64,000 nt of DNA from an uncultured Candidatus Saccharibacteria bacterium (GTDB taxonomy: Bacteria > Patescibacteriota > Saccharimonadia > Saccharimonadales > JAGQNJ01). The DNA is taken from assembly GCA_964577565.1 (NCBI GenBank), contig CAZNZL010000002.1, positions 88,650 to 152,649 of the forward strand, given 5' to 3'. The notes below the pieces were generated by a model. The model had not been told where the DNA came from. It did not search any database and saw only the letters and a list, made by a program, of their open reading frames with translations. Of this stretch, positions 1-9,738 are shown one piece after another (the first letter of the stretch is position 1; every line of letters starts with the position of its first letter). The position numbers were made by a program, and so were the translations under genes.

Positions 1-1035
1 AAAGCCGGATGAACCTGGCCCGTAGCCCACGGGATTATCTTTAATATCTTCTATGGCGTTTCGCCAAAATAGTAACCGTAGTTCGTTGGGGTCTTCTTGA
101 ACGGTACTCTCGTCGGCATGAAAAATAACGTTTTGTATGAAGTAGGTGTTGCGTACTGCGTAGAATAGGCCTGCTACGGCTACTACAATGGCTACACCAA
201 CCACGACTAGTTGTTTGTGAGCTTTTATCCAGGTATGGACTTTATATCGGCTCGCAATGTAGCCGGCACCAAAAACAACTGCGGCGGTAAACGTGCCCAG
301 CCACGCACTTCTTGAAAAGGTTAGTAAGGTAGCCAGCAAAACCAAACCAAGCATTCCCCCCAACATCATTTTTTTATTGGCCCGTTTAGCTCGTGCCAAT
401 AAGATCATCAGCAGACTGGTAATTATCAGGAGATATGACCCTAGAGAATTAGGGTCGCGTACGGTAGACATAATGCGCTCAAAATCTGGTTTATCGTCAA
501 TATAAAAGGCGGGCAGCACACCGTTTGCCTTAGAGTACCCAAGCGCGGTAAAAAACCCGTCAGGCAATACAAGATACTGAATAACACCAAACCCCGCTAC
601 AATAACCCCCGAGAGCACCACGATTCGCAGAGCAGTTCGCTGCAGGGTTTTGGGGTCGTGTAACTGAACCAGCATCAAGCCGTACACAAAAAACAACAAG
701 AACCGCAGGTTGTAGACCACTCCAATTATCTCAGCCAACACCTCAGGCTCACGAAAGAAGGGGAGTGCCATAGTTATGAGTGCATACACCAAAATGACAT
801 ACACAATTTTATGTGCAAACAGTGCCCTAATATTTAACTTGTTAAGTATTGTTGTAAACGTTAGGGCAAATCCAACCACGAGCACGATGTCTTTTAAAAC
901 CTTCATAAGCTCAAAGCCGCCAAGGTTGACACCTATTACCGTAGATATCAATATATGAAACGGCACGTATGCCAGCAAACCATAAAATATATAAAGCCCG
1001 GCTTGTTGGCATATATCGATCAGTTTTGTTCGCAT
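1..1035 (-). CDS. O-antigen ligase (Wzy/WaaL-like) family polytopic membrane protein, runs off the window edge
   Basis: Manual translation from ATG at 1035 (MRTKLIDICQQAGLY...) is open to position 1; many TM segments and motifs STVRDPNSLGSY, TFSRSAWLG, R..FW..A......P.GYGPG. Confidence 0.8.
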   Translation of the reverse strand, partial: MRTKLIDICQQAGLYIFYGLLAYVPFHILISTVIGVNLGGFELMKVLKDIVLVVGFALTFTTILNKLNIRALFAHKIVYVILVYALITMALPFFREPEVLAEIIGVVYNLRFLLFFVYGLMLVQLHDPKTLQRTALRIVVLSGVIVAGFGVIQYLVLPDGFFTALGYSKANGVLPAFYIDDKPDFERIMSTVRDPNSLGSYLLIITSLLMILLARAKRANKKMMLGGMLGLVLLATLLTFSRSAWLGTFTAAVVFGAGYIASRYKVHTWIKAHKQLVVVGVAIVVAVAGLFYAVRNTYFIQNVIFHADESTVQEDPNELRLLFWRNAIEDIKDNPVGYGPGSSGF

Positions 1036-1059
1036 ATATCTCTATTGTAAACTGTAACC

Positions 1060-2148
1060 ATGCATATTGTCATTGACGCGCGCAATCGACGCTCAAGCAC
1101 CGGCCGGTACACCGACAGATTACTAGAGCACCTTCAAGAAATTGACCATGATAATACGTATACCGTACTCGTACAACCAGATGATCCGTGGCAGGGGAGC
1201 AGTAAAAATTTTTCTGCCCTGCCCGCTCCCTATAAACAATTCTCGTTTAATCCTATTGAGCAACTAAGGTTCGCCTGGCAGCTATATCGCATTCGCCCCA
1301 ATCTAGTTCACTTCACGATGACCCAAAGCCCCCTGTTCTACTTTGGCAAGATTGTAACAACGACCCATGACCTTACTATGCTGCGCTTTGCCCGGCCGGG
1401 TAAATTGCCGGTGTGGGTTCATGTCATTAGAATGACGTTATACCGCTTTATGTTCTGGTGGAGTCATCGCAAGTCTCGCGCCATCATTGTACCGAGCCGG
1501 TTTGTGGCCGATGATCTGGCCAAACATCAACCCTTTACTCGTAAAAAAATAACCGTTATCTATGAAGCTAGCGAGCCGCCCCTAAAAACCAAAGCCAAGC
1601 GCCTAAGGGGTGTTCAGCGACCCTTTATCTTTCATGTCGGCAGCCCCTTCCCTCATAAAAACATCGACCGCCTTGTTAAGGCGTTTGAGCAACTAAAAGT
1701 TAGCTACCCCAATTTGCAGCTGGTCCTGCCCGGTAAAAAAGAGTTTTACTTCTCTCAACTAGAGCAGCACATTAAACCAAGTATGGTAGCAAAAGACATA
1801 GTAATGCCAGGCTTTATCAGCGATGCTGAACTAAAGTGGCTATACGAAAATGCCGAATGCTACGTTTTGCCTAGCCTGAGTGAAGGTTTTGGCCTGCCCG
1901 GGCTTGAAGCCATGGCACACAGCTGCCCGCTGGTGAGCAGCAACGCCACCTGCCTACCAGAAATATATGGCAAAGCTGCCCACTACTTTAACCCAGAAGA
2001 CGTAACTGATATCCAGCTTAAAGTTGCTGAGGTGCTGGGCGACAAAAAACTGCGTGCTAACTTAGTTAAAAGAGGCACTGCGCAGCTTAAGAAATACTCG
2101 TGGCAAACAATGGCTAAAGAGACATTAGCCGTGTATAACAAATTTTAG
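1060..2148 (+). CDS. Glycosyltransferase family 4 (GT-B fold)
   Basis: TGRY N-terminus, TTHDL, PHKN and PSLSEGFGLPGLEAMA motifs. Confidence 0.92.
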   Translation: MHIVIDARNRRSSTGRYTDRLLEHLQEIDHDNTYTVLVQPDDPWQGSSKNFSALPAPYKQFSFNPIEQLRFAWQLYRIRPNLVHFTMTQSPLFYFGKIVTTTHDLTMLRFARPGKLPVWVHVIRMTLYRFMFWWSHRKSRAIIVPSRFVADDLAKHQPFTRKKITVIYEASEPPLKTKAKRLRGVQRPFIFHVGSPFPHKNIDRLVKAFEQLKVSYPNLQLVLPGKKEFYFSQLEQHIKPSMVAKDIVMPGFISDAELKWLYENAECYVLPSLSEGFGLPGLEAMAHSCPLVSSNATCLPEIYGKAAHYFNPEDVTDIQLKVAEVLGDKKLRANLVKRGTAQLKKYSWQTMAKETLAVYNKF

Positions 2149-2612
2149 GCTTCAGCCTGTTTGCCGGCCTTGATAACCACGTGGCGATCCCTGCCCTCAC
2201 CTTCTGATATCGTCTCAAGACCATGATCAGCTGCTACTTTGTGAATTATACGGCGGTCAGCTGCACCCATTGGTCTGACGTGGTAGTCGTCATCCTTCTC
2301 TTTGGCGGCTTGTATCCACTCTTGCGCCTTTTGCTCTAGCCGTTCGGCACGCTGTTTTTTGTAATCAGCAACGTCAACAAACACCCGCGAGTAATCAAAC
2401 CCGTGGTTGCGCATGGCAGTGCCAATCAAAAACTGCATAGCGCGCATGGTATCGCCACGCTGACCAATTAAAAAGCCGTTAAGGTGCGTAGACGGCACGT
2501 GTAGCTCTATAACCTCGTCTTCATTAACAGTGGCGTACACATCGGTGTTGAGCCCAAAAAACGACAACATGTCTTCTAAATATTTCTTGGCGTATTGAAC
2601 TGCTTCTTCCAC
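2145..2612 (-). CDS. jag: Jag/KhpB RNA-binding protein (KH + R3H)
   Basis: LIGQRGDTM KH motif, DRRIIH R3H motif, SEGEGRDRHVV; canonical position after yidC. Confidence 0.9.
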   Translation of the reverse strand: MEEAVQYAKKYLEDMLSFFGLNTDVYATVNEDEVIELHVPSTHLNGFLIGQRGDTMRAMQFLIGTAMRNHGFDYSRVFVDVADYKKQRAERLEQKAQEWIQAAKEKDDDYHVRPMGAADRRIIHKVAADHGLETISEGEGRDRHVVIKAGKQAEA

Positions 2613-2615
2613 TCT

Positions 2616-3539
2616 TTACCTCCTTGCCCGTTTCTTAGTTTTCTTTGAGGTTTTCTTTTTAGTTTTTGGTTTTTTAGGAGATAGCACCTCGCCTTCGAGC
2701 GGCTCGTTTGTTTTTTCTGTGGCGGCTTCTAGCTCGGTTTCATCTTGACGCAAGACACGTGATTGTTGCAATATAGCGACCACACTGGTGGTAAGCCAGT
2801 ATAGCGGCAGCGCAGCTGGTAGCCCAAGCGTAAAGAAGAACACAAAGGCTGGGATCATATAAATAGTAAACCGGCTGGTTGCGGCGGTCATTTCGCTTTG
2901 GTCGGTTTGTTTGCCCTCGCTTGCCTCACGCAAAATGTCGCGGAGTTTCTTGCGGTCTTTTGTATCAGGCATGAGTTGTTTACCTTGATAAAACTGTGCA
3001 ACAGCACTTAGCACCACAATTACCAAGGCTGGTATATACCAGCCTTTTGTCTGGCTTGTTGCTGGCCGCGTTAAGTCGACAAGCCCGATGAATGAATTGT
3101 CAAATTTGCTAATACTCGAGCCAAGCTCTTGAAGCCACGGTAATTTATGTATCCATGAATAGGTAAAGGTGTTAACGACATTCGGATCGTTAACAAGTCG
3201 GGTAATCGCACTATAGAGGCCGATAAAAATCGGTAGCTGAACAATAATTAAGCCAAATGACGCAAACGGGTTAATCTCTCTTTCTTTATACAGGGCCATT
3301 ACCATCATTGATTCTTTTTGGCGATCCCCTTTGGCGGCTTTTTTAATGCGCTTTAGTTCTGGCTGCAGCTCACGCATGGCTTTGGCGTGATGAAGCTGCT
3401 TTTTAACGAGGGGCCACATCGCCAGACGAACCAAAATCGTAAATATGATTATGGCAAGGCCAAAATTGTGCCCGGGTAAGAGCCCATAAATAGCAACTAG
3501 AACGTTAAAAATAGGCTGCACAATAAGTGTGGTAAACAT
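2616..3539 (-). CDS. yidC: Membrane protein insertase YidC
   Basis: GLAIIIFTILVRL, LQPEL, YKEREINPFAS, QLPIF, ALPLYW motifs; synteny. Confidence 0.95.
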   Translation of the reverse strand: MFTTLIVQPIFNVLVAIYGLLPGHNFGLAIIIFTILVRLAMWPLVKKQLHHAKAMRELQPELKRIKKAAKGDRQKESMMVMALYKEREINPFASFGLIIVQLPIFIGLYSAITRLVNDPNVVNTFTYSWIHKLPWLQELGSSISKFDNSFIGLVDLTRPATSQTKGWYIPALVIVVLSAVAQFYQGKQLMPDTKDRKKLRDILREASEGKQTDQSEMTAATSRFTIYMIPAFVFFFTLGLPAALPLYWLTTSVVAILQQSRVLRQDETELEAATEKTNEPLEGEVLSPKKPKTKKKTSKKTKKRARR

Positions 3540-3597
3540 GAATTCTCCTCTTTGGTACTACTATAATATCACGACCCGTATCTGTTGCGACAGCAGG

Positions 3598-3945
3598 TTA
3601 GGGTATGAGGTGGGCGTTTTTAAGTTGTTTTTTTACCTCGTGCTCGAGCTTGGTGGCAGGCATGGTCGCTACTTCTTCACTGTGAACAATAAAAACTATG
3701 TCTACCGGCTCTGTAAAAAACGGAGCTAGTTGGCGAACCAGCTCATACATACGCCGCCGAATGCGGTTTCGGACCACAGCCGATTTGTGCACGCGCCGGC
3801 TAACAACGACTGCCGCCCGGTACGCACTACCGCGGCGATTTGGTACATACCTAAGCACAAAATACTGCCCTCTAACCGTTTTACCACGGGTAAATATATA
3901 CCGAAAGCTGGCTGTGTTATGAAAGCGATGTTCTTTAGATAACAT
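3598..3945 (-). CDS. rnpA: Ribonuclease P protein component
   Basis: KSAVVRNRIRRR (RNR motif); synteny with rpmH/yidC. Confidence 0.95.
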   Translation of the reverse strand: MLSKEHRFHNTASFRYIFTRGKTVRGQYFVLRYVPNRRGSAYRAAVVVSRRVHKSAVVRNRIRRRMYELVRQLAPFFTEPVDIVFIVHSEEVATMPATKLEHEVKKQLKNAHLIP

Positions 3946-3958
3946 CGTTGGTCCTGTA

Positions 3959-4096
3959 TTAGGCTGATAGCTTTGTGCGCCCTTTTAAGCGGCGTCGCTT
4001 TAGTACGCGTTGACCCGCTTTAGTGCTCATGCGCTTAAAAAAGCCGTGCATACGGGCACGCTTACGCGTTTTGGGTTGAAATGTTCTTTTTGGCAT
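3959..4096 (-). CDS. rpmH: 50S ribosomal protein L34
   Basis: Manual translation [45 protein letters not shown] (not in the ORF track). Confidence 0.97.
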   Translation of the reverse strand: MPKRTFQPKTRKRARMHGFFKRMSTKAGQRVLKRRRLKGRTKLSA

Positions 4097-4179
4097 AGAT
4101 TCAATTGTACCTTTAAAGTTTATAAAATAAAAAGTTCGGCCCTACATAAGCCGTGAGCGCGTGTTCGTAAAAAACACAA

Positions 4180-4330
4180 TATTTACCCCACTAATAGTAT
4201 CAAGTTTTCCACCGGTCGCCAAGTTTTTTCCACAATTTGTGAGGTGTTAGAGAGCCATGTGTACAACTCTACAGGTAAAACGGTTGCGTGCTAGTGCATC
4301 AGCATCGTTGTGTAAATGGCTGTGGAAAAC
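4180..4330. promoter_or_regulatory. DnaA-box cluster upstream of dnaA
   Basis: TTTTCCACA at 4226-4234 and TGTGGAAAA at 4321-4329 (one mismatch to TTATCCACA), plus weaker boxes. Confidence 0.7.
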
Positions 4331-4368
4331 TACGCCTCAGATTGTTATAGTAAATACAAAGGAAGGTT

Positions 4369-5742
4369 ATGAAGCGAGGGACTACACACGACACTTTGTG
4401 GCAAGCAGTTTTGGGTGAAATTGAGGTTTCAATTTCGCGGGCCAGCTTTGTGACATGGTTTAAAAACACCGTGTTGTTGAAAAATCAGGGCGGCACCTAC
4501 GTTATTGGTGTACCTAATATCTTCATTAAACAGCAGCTAGAGCGAAAATTTAACGACCTCGTTACGAAAACGCTCATTAATAACGGGGTTACACCGGTAA
4601 ATATTGAATACAAGGTTGTGTCTGGTTCTGCCCTGCATAAAAAAATTGAGGATGAGCCGGTTATTTTAAACCAGAAAGCAGTCGACAAGCCCGTAAAAGC
4701 TACCAATGCGTTGTCACACAGTTATCGCCAAGGGCTGAATGTGCGCTACACGTTTGAGACTTTTATTGTGGGTGGTGCTAATGAGCTTGCTTATGCTGCT
4801 TGCCAAGCCATAGCGCAAAACCCTGGCAGCAAATACAATCCGCTCTTTTTATATGGTGGCGTTGGAATTGGTAAAACCCACCTTATTCAAGCCGTAGGCA
4901 ATGAGGTTTTATCGCAAAATCCAAAGGCCCGCGTTGTCTATATTTCTACCGAGCAATTCGTTCAGGAGTTTATTGACGCCGTGCGCTACAAAAAAAATAC
5001 CGACTTTGCAAGTTACTACCGCAACGCAGATGTACTGATTATTGATGATATTCAATTTATTGCTGGTAAAGACAAAACCCAAGAAGAGTTTTTTCACACC
5101 TTTAATGCCCTGCATCAAGCTAACAAGCAAATTATTATCAGTAGCGATAAACCGCCGCGCGATATACCGACACTTGAAGAGCGATTGCGCTCACGTTTTG
5201 CCTGGGGTATGTCAATCGATATGCAAACCCCCGATTTTGAAACTCGCTGCGCCATCATTCAAACCAAAGCAGGTGCGCGAGGCGTACAATTAACCCCTGA
5301 TGTTGTTGAATACCTTGCCCAAGGCGTGCGCACTAATATTAGAGAACTAGAGGGTGCGCTCAACCAACTACTTGCGCTGTGCGAAATGAAGCAAATCAGC
5401 CCCGATATAGCGTTAGCAAAAAGCCTTTTAGGTGGCAGTAAAAACCGGCCTAAACATGTTAGCCCCAAAAACATCATTGAACGAACAGCGAAACACTTTC
5501 ATGTCAGTATAGACGAGTTACTTGGCCCAAAGCGCGATAAAGACATAGTGGTACCACGCCAAGTTGCTATGTATATGCTGCGCAGTGAGCTCCACTTAAG
5601 TTTTCCTAAAATTGCCCGAGAGCTGGGCCGTAAAGACCATACCACTGCCATTCATTCGATTGAAAAGATTGAACGCGAGCTTTTAACAGACCAACATATT
5701 AAAGATGCGGTCTCGCAAATTAAGGAACGACTCTATGTATAA
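4369..5742 (+). CDS. dnaA: Chromosomal replication initiator DnaA
   Basis: YNPLFLYGGVGIGKTHL Walker A, IDDIQF, QEEFFHTFN, RKDHTT motifs. Confidence 0.99.
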   Translation: MKRGTTHDTLWQAVLGEIEVSISRASFVTWFKNTVLLKNQGGTYVIGVPNIFIKQQLERKFNDLVTKTLINNGVTPVNIEYKVVSGSALHKKIEDEPVILNQKAVDKPVKATNALSHSYRQGLNVRYTFETFIVGGANELAYAACQAIAQNPGSKYNPLFLYGGVGIGKTHLIQAVGNEVLSQNPKARVVYISTEQFVQEFIDAVRYKKNTDFASYYRNADVLIIDDIQFIAGKDKTQEEFFHTFNALHQANKQIIISSDKPPRDIPTLEERLRSRFAWGMSIDMQTPDFETRCAIIQTKAGARGVQLTPDVVEYLAQGVRTNIRELEGALNQLLALCEMKQISPDIALAKSLLGGSKNRPKHVSPKNIIERTAKHFHVSIDELLGPKRDKDIVVPRQVAMYMLRSELHLSFPKIARELGRKDHTTAIHSIEKIERELLTDQHIKDAVSQIKERLYV

Positions 5743-5975
5743 AGCTGTTGCTACTACCCACATAACTTGTGCACAATCTGCCCGTCTTTACACAGGCAAT
5801 TTTATTTACAACGCACCTGTGGGTAATACCCGGTTCTTTCACACACCCTTACTGCGGTTTTTCCACACCACTTTCCATGTTGTTTGGCGGAAGATTACTG
5901 ATTACAAACCCATTTATACCCATCTTACACACCACTTACTACTAAAACTACAATTATATTAAAGAAAGGATAATA
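5743..5975. other. Probable oriC (dnaA-dnaN intergenic)
   Basis: DnaA-box-like TTTTCCACA (5859-5867), TGTGGGTAA (5818-5826) and others, followed by an AT-rich tract with DnaA-trio-like repeats (CTTACTACTAAAACTACAATTAT). Confidence 0.75.
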
Positions 5976-7067
5976 ATGGATCTCCAGGTCACTCAAGAAA
6001 ATCTTCACAAAGCATTAAGTAATGTAGCCCGGGTTGCAACCGGCCGCACAACCCTACCTATTCTTAGTAATATCCTTATTCAAACTGACAATAACCGCCT
6101 GCGTCTGTCAGCAACAAACCTCGATATCGCAATCTCTCAACATATTGGTACTAAAATTAAGAGCGACGGTTCCCTAACTATACCCGCGCGCTTGTTTCAG
6201 GACTTTGTAGGTAACCTTCCTAAAACCACTATTCACCTAAAGCAAGAAAACCATAAACTTCATATAACAGCCGAAAAGTATAAATCTACTATTAATGGTT
6301 CGCCGACTGATGAGTATCCGGTGATGCCTGCAATTCAAAACGGCAGTACTTTTACGGTTGAGGCGGGTGCCTTTAAAAAGGCGCTGCAGCAAGTTATTTT
6401 TGCGGCCTCAAATGATGAGGCGCGGCCGGTTTTAACCGCCGTTAACCTTTATAGTCATGATGGACAGCTTATCATGGCAGCCACCGATAGTTACCGGCTG
6501 GCCGAAAAACTCGTAGCTCCCCTAAAACAGGACGTTTCACTGTTGATACCAAGCAGTGCAATGCATGACTTACTGCGTATCTTGGGCGATCAAGAGGGTG
6601 AGATAGAAATTCTCTACGATGACCAACAGGTACGGTTTGTTATTGGTGATACCGAATTGATTGCACGCCTTATTGATGGCACCTACCCAGACTATAGAAA
6701 ACTTATACCGAAGCAATTTGCCACTGAGGCGCTTATATCGAAAGACGAACTTATTAATATTACGAAAGTTTCTGGCTTATTTTCGCGCGAAAACGCCGGC
6801 AGTATTACCATTACCGCCAGTAAAGATAATCAAAACATAAGCGTGCGTTCTATTGCCTCACAGCTTGGTGAAAACGAAGCTAGCGCTGATGGCTCGGTAA
6901 CTAATGACGGCTCAATTACGCTTAACTCTCGTTATTTATTAGAAGGGTTGCAAGCTTTAGAGGGTGATAAAGTAAACTTTTGTTTTAATGGCAAACTCGA
7001 AGCCATTATTATTACCGCACCCGACCACGACAATTACACCCATGTTATTATGCCGCTCAAAAGCTAG
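5976..7067 (+). CDS. dnaN: DNA polymerase III beta clamp
   Basis: LPILSN, ATNLD, ATDSYRL, YPDYRKLIP, VIMPLK motifs. Confidence 0.98.
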   Translation: MDLQVTQENLHKALSNVARVATGRTTLPILSNILIQTDNNRLRLSATNLDIAISQHIGTKIKSDGSLTIPARLFQDFVGNLPKTTIHLKQENHKLHITAEKYKSTINGSPTDEYPVMPAIQNGSTFTVEAGAFKKALQQVIFAASNDEARPVLTAVNLYSHDGQLIMAATDSYRLAEKLVAPLKQDVSLLIPSSAMHDLLRILGDQEGEIEILYDDQQVRFVIGDTELIARLIDGTYPDYRKLIPKQFATEALISKDELINITKVSGLFSRENAGSITITASKDNQNISVRSIASQLGENEASADGSVTNDGSITLNSRYLLEGLQALEGDKVNFCFNGKLEAIIITAPDHDNYTHVIMPLKS

Positions 7068-7081
7068 GTATAGTAGATAGA

Positions 7082-8140
7082 ATGGTGTTTACGTCTGTTC
7101 GGTTACAGAATTATCGGTCGTACCAAGACGGTGCCTTTGAATTTAGCCCAAACGTAAACATAATTGTTGGCCCCAACGCGAGTGGTAAAACCAATTTACT
7201 TGACGCCCTGCATCTAAGTGCTAATGCCACATCAATTAAGCCGTCTCGCGAACGTATGGTGCGTGTGGGTGCTAATTGGGCGCGAGTTGATACATTGACT
7301 AACACCAACCAAACGCGGGCTGTAAAGCTCCGAGAAAACGAAACTGGGCTTATTATTGAGGTTGATGAAAAGTCATACAAGCGCTTACCGCAACGTTTGC
7401 GCCTACCTATTATTTTATTTGAGCCAAGCCAGCTCTATCTCATAACCTCATCGCCTGATATGCGACGAACACTCATTGACGATATGCTCGAAAAGCTTGT
7501 TCCTGCCTTTAGTAAACAAAAAAATAACTACTTAAAAGTCTTGCGGCAGCGTAACGCACTCCTTAAGCAGCCAATCGAACGGGTCAAACAGCAAATTTTT
7601 GCCTGGGATATTCGTTTAAGCGAGTTGGCGGGCCATATTGTTGAGCACCGCCTTACGTTACTAGAGGATATGAACGCCAAAGCCAGCGCTATATACAGCG
7701 ACATTGCCCAGCACGACCACCATATTAACTTTTCGTACGATAGCAAGATTCCGCTTCCGGGCTATGCAACCAATCTTACAAAAGTGCTCCAAACATCACT
7801 AGAAAACGATCATCACCGAGGGTTTACGGGGTATGGGCCTCACCGCGACGATATCACCATTGCAATTGATAACGATGATATACGAGATGTGGCTTCACGA
7901 GGAGAAACCAGAAGCATTCTCTTAACAGTCAAGATTATTGAAGGTACATTGCTTGAAGCGGCGTATGAGCACAAGCCGCTATTACTGCTGGATGATGTCT
8001 TTGGTGAGCTCGATGGCCAACGCCGCAAACGGCTTATTGAATTTATTGGTGGTAACCAGGTTTTTATAACCACCACCGACGCAGACATCATTGGCCACGA
8101 GTTTGCACAGCAAACAAATATAATTTATACCAATAGTTAA
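7082..8140 (+). CDS. recF: DNA replication/repair protein RecF
   Basis: GPNASGKTN, GPHRDD, ASRGE, LLLDDVFGELD. Confidence 0.96.
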   Translation: MVFTSVRLQNYRSYQDGAFEFSPNVNIIVGPNASGKTNLLDALHLSANATSIKPSRERMVRVGANWARVDTLTNTNQTRAVKLRENETGLIIEVDEKSYKRLPQRLRLPIILFEPSQLYLITSSPDMRRTLIDDMLEKLVPAFSKQKNNYLKVLRQRNALLKQPIERVKQQIFAWDIRLSELAGHIVEHRLTLLEDMNAKASAIYSDIAQHDHHINFSYDSKIPLPGYATNLTKVLQTSLENDHHRGFTGYGPHRDDITIAIDNDDIRDVASRGETRSILLTVKIIEGTLLEAAYEHKPLLLLDDVFGELDGQRRKRLIEFIGGNQVFITTTDADIIGHEFAQQTNIIYTNS

Positions 8141-9738
8141 TTAATTGAATAAACCACTTTGTATTTTTTTGTATCCAAGCCGCTATTTCGAATTTGTGAT
8201 TCAATTATAGCTTTTTTTTCGGCAATTTCTTTAGGGTCATACGCATAGCTAGCCAGGGATTTGTTAAACACGGTTCTTGTAACATCAGGAACAACCAGTA
8301 TGTTATTTTTATGTATTGAAACAGCTCTCACCTCAGGCGAGTCCATTAAACGTGAAATATGAGTATCGATTCCATCACTGCGGCCACTACTAATAGCCAA
8401 TACACTTGATCTATTATTCTTTTCTATACACAGGAGGGTTTTATCGCTGTTAATCTGTCGGATTCCGCAAAAAGTATAGTCTCGAAATGAGTATCGGTAA
8501 TATCCCGTCATAGTTTCGGGATTGATTGTTAACAAACCAGAATCTGTTACTGCTAAAATCCCCCTGTTGTAAACTTCCATTTGCCTAACATTAGGTATGG
8601 TTCCGGTTTGCTCTAATTCATTCTGATTAATGGTATATAAATATAGCGTTTCATCGCTTAACACGCACAGTTTATTACGGCCACATAGTCGAGCTTGGCT
8701 TGCTGCAAAATCTAATCTATATCGCCGCTCGTTGTTATTCGAATAAATAACTACTTCGCTAAAGTTCAAAGGAGAATCATCTGGAGACGAGCCTTCGTCT
8801 TCTTCCTCGAAGTATTTATTGCTAATCACTGAAGTACTTGGGTTCAAGAAGCTATAACCAAGATATTCGGGGTTGTAATGCTGGTTATTTAGGATGGTAA
8901 TACTGTCATCAGCGGTGCTTATTCCATAGAAATTTATACCAGATAATTTAGTTGGCTGAATATTCAATTGCTGTGGGGGTGTTGAGAGGTTTTGGTAATA
9001 AAGGAACTCATCGCCCAGAGTACCGTAAACAAGGTAGCCGTTTTTATAGGGGGATATACCATATTCTTTATCTGGATCCAACCCTTCAACTTTCTTAAAC
9101 GCGTTCAAAGCGACCGTATGTGTCGAGGTATTGACGGGGTATAGTCCAAATTCTGTACCGTGCTCATCTTTATGGCTAACAAATGCTTTAAGTTGACCAG
9201 AATCTATAACAAACCCTAACAAACTAATCTCATTAGCGTCAACCGCTAACGGTAGGCTATAACCGGGCGAATTATTTGAAGGACCAACATGAAAGTTAGC
9301 GCTACTAATACTACCACCACACTGCCAACTAATTAGGTTATCCCCGTTTTCTGAATAAAGGCATTGGCTGGGTTTATCTCCGATGTATTGTCGTGCCTCT
9401 TCTTGTTGGTGTTTTGAGTTAACATGAGTCGTTTGAAAAAAACCCCGAGCGTTGGCAACAGAGAAATAACTACCATCTCTACCAGAAGTGGTAACTCTGT
9501 ACACGCCTCTCTTAACAAGTTTTCTTACATTGCCCCTAAACGTACCAGCAACTTGTGTATTTTCGTTTTGTATTGTGAAATTTATGTTGTTTGTGCCGGA
9601 AGATGTGTTTATTTGTATAAAAGAGTACTGTGAGGCTGCGAGGATTGCAATTAAGCACATACTCGTTAGTAAGATTAATATTTTATGTCGGTAGATCTTG
9701 TGAATCATTAAACCAATTAGTGAATTTTGTTGCATCAT
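8137..9738 (-). CDS. Hypothetical membrane-anchored extracellular protein (beta-rich), last gene of the T4SS-like operon
   Basis: 533 aa, N-terminal TM helix, overlapping stop/start with the upstream hydrolase gene. Confidence 0.7.
   Translation of the reverse strand: MMQQNSLIGLMIHKIYRHKILILLTSMCLIAILAASQYSFIQINTSSGTNNINFTIQNENTQVAGTFRGNVRKLVKRGVYRVTTSGRDGSYFSVANARGFFQTTHVNSKHQQEEARQYIGDKPSQCLYSENGDNLISWQCGGSISSANFHVGPSNNSPGYSLPLAVDANEISLLGFVIDSGQLKAFVSHKDEHGTEFGLYPVNTSTHTVALNAFKKVEGLDPDKEYGISPYKNGYLVYGTLGDEFLYYQNLSTPPQQLNIQPTKLSGINFYGISTADDSITILNNQHYNPEYLGYSFLNPSTSVISNKYFEEEDEGSSPDDSPLNFSEVVIYSNNNERRYRLDFAASQARLCGRNKLCVLSDETLYLYTINQNELEQTGTIPNVRQMEVYNRGILAVTDSGLLTINPETMTGYYRYSFRDYTFCGIRQINSDKTLLCIEKNNRSSVLAISSGRSDGIDTHISRLMDSPEVRAVSIHKNNILVVPDVTRTVFNKSLASYAYDPKEIAEKKAIIESQIRNSGLDTKKYKVVYSIN

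Noticed and set aside
5705-5962. 85-aa ORF between dnaA and dnaN
   Set aside because: Overlaps the DnaA boxes and unwinding element of the probable oriC; no protein features.
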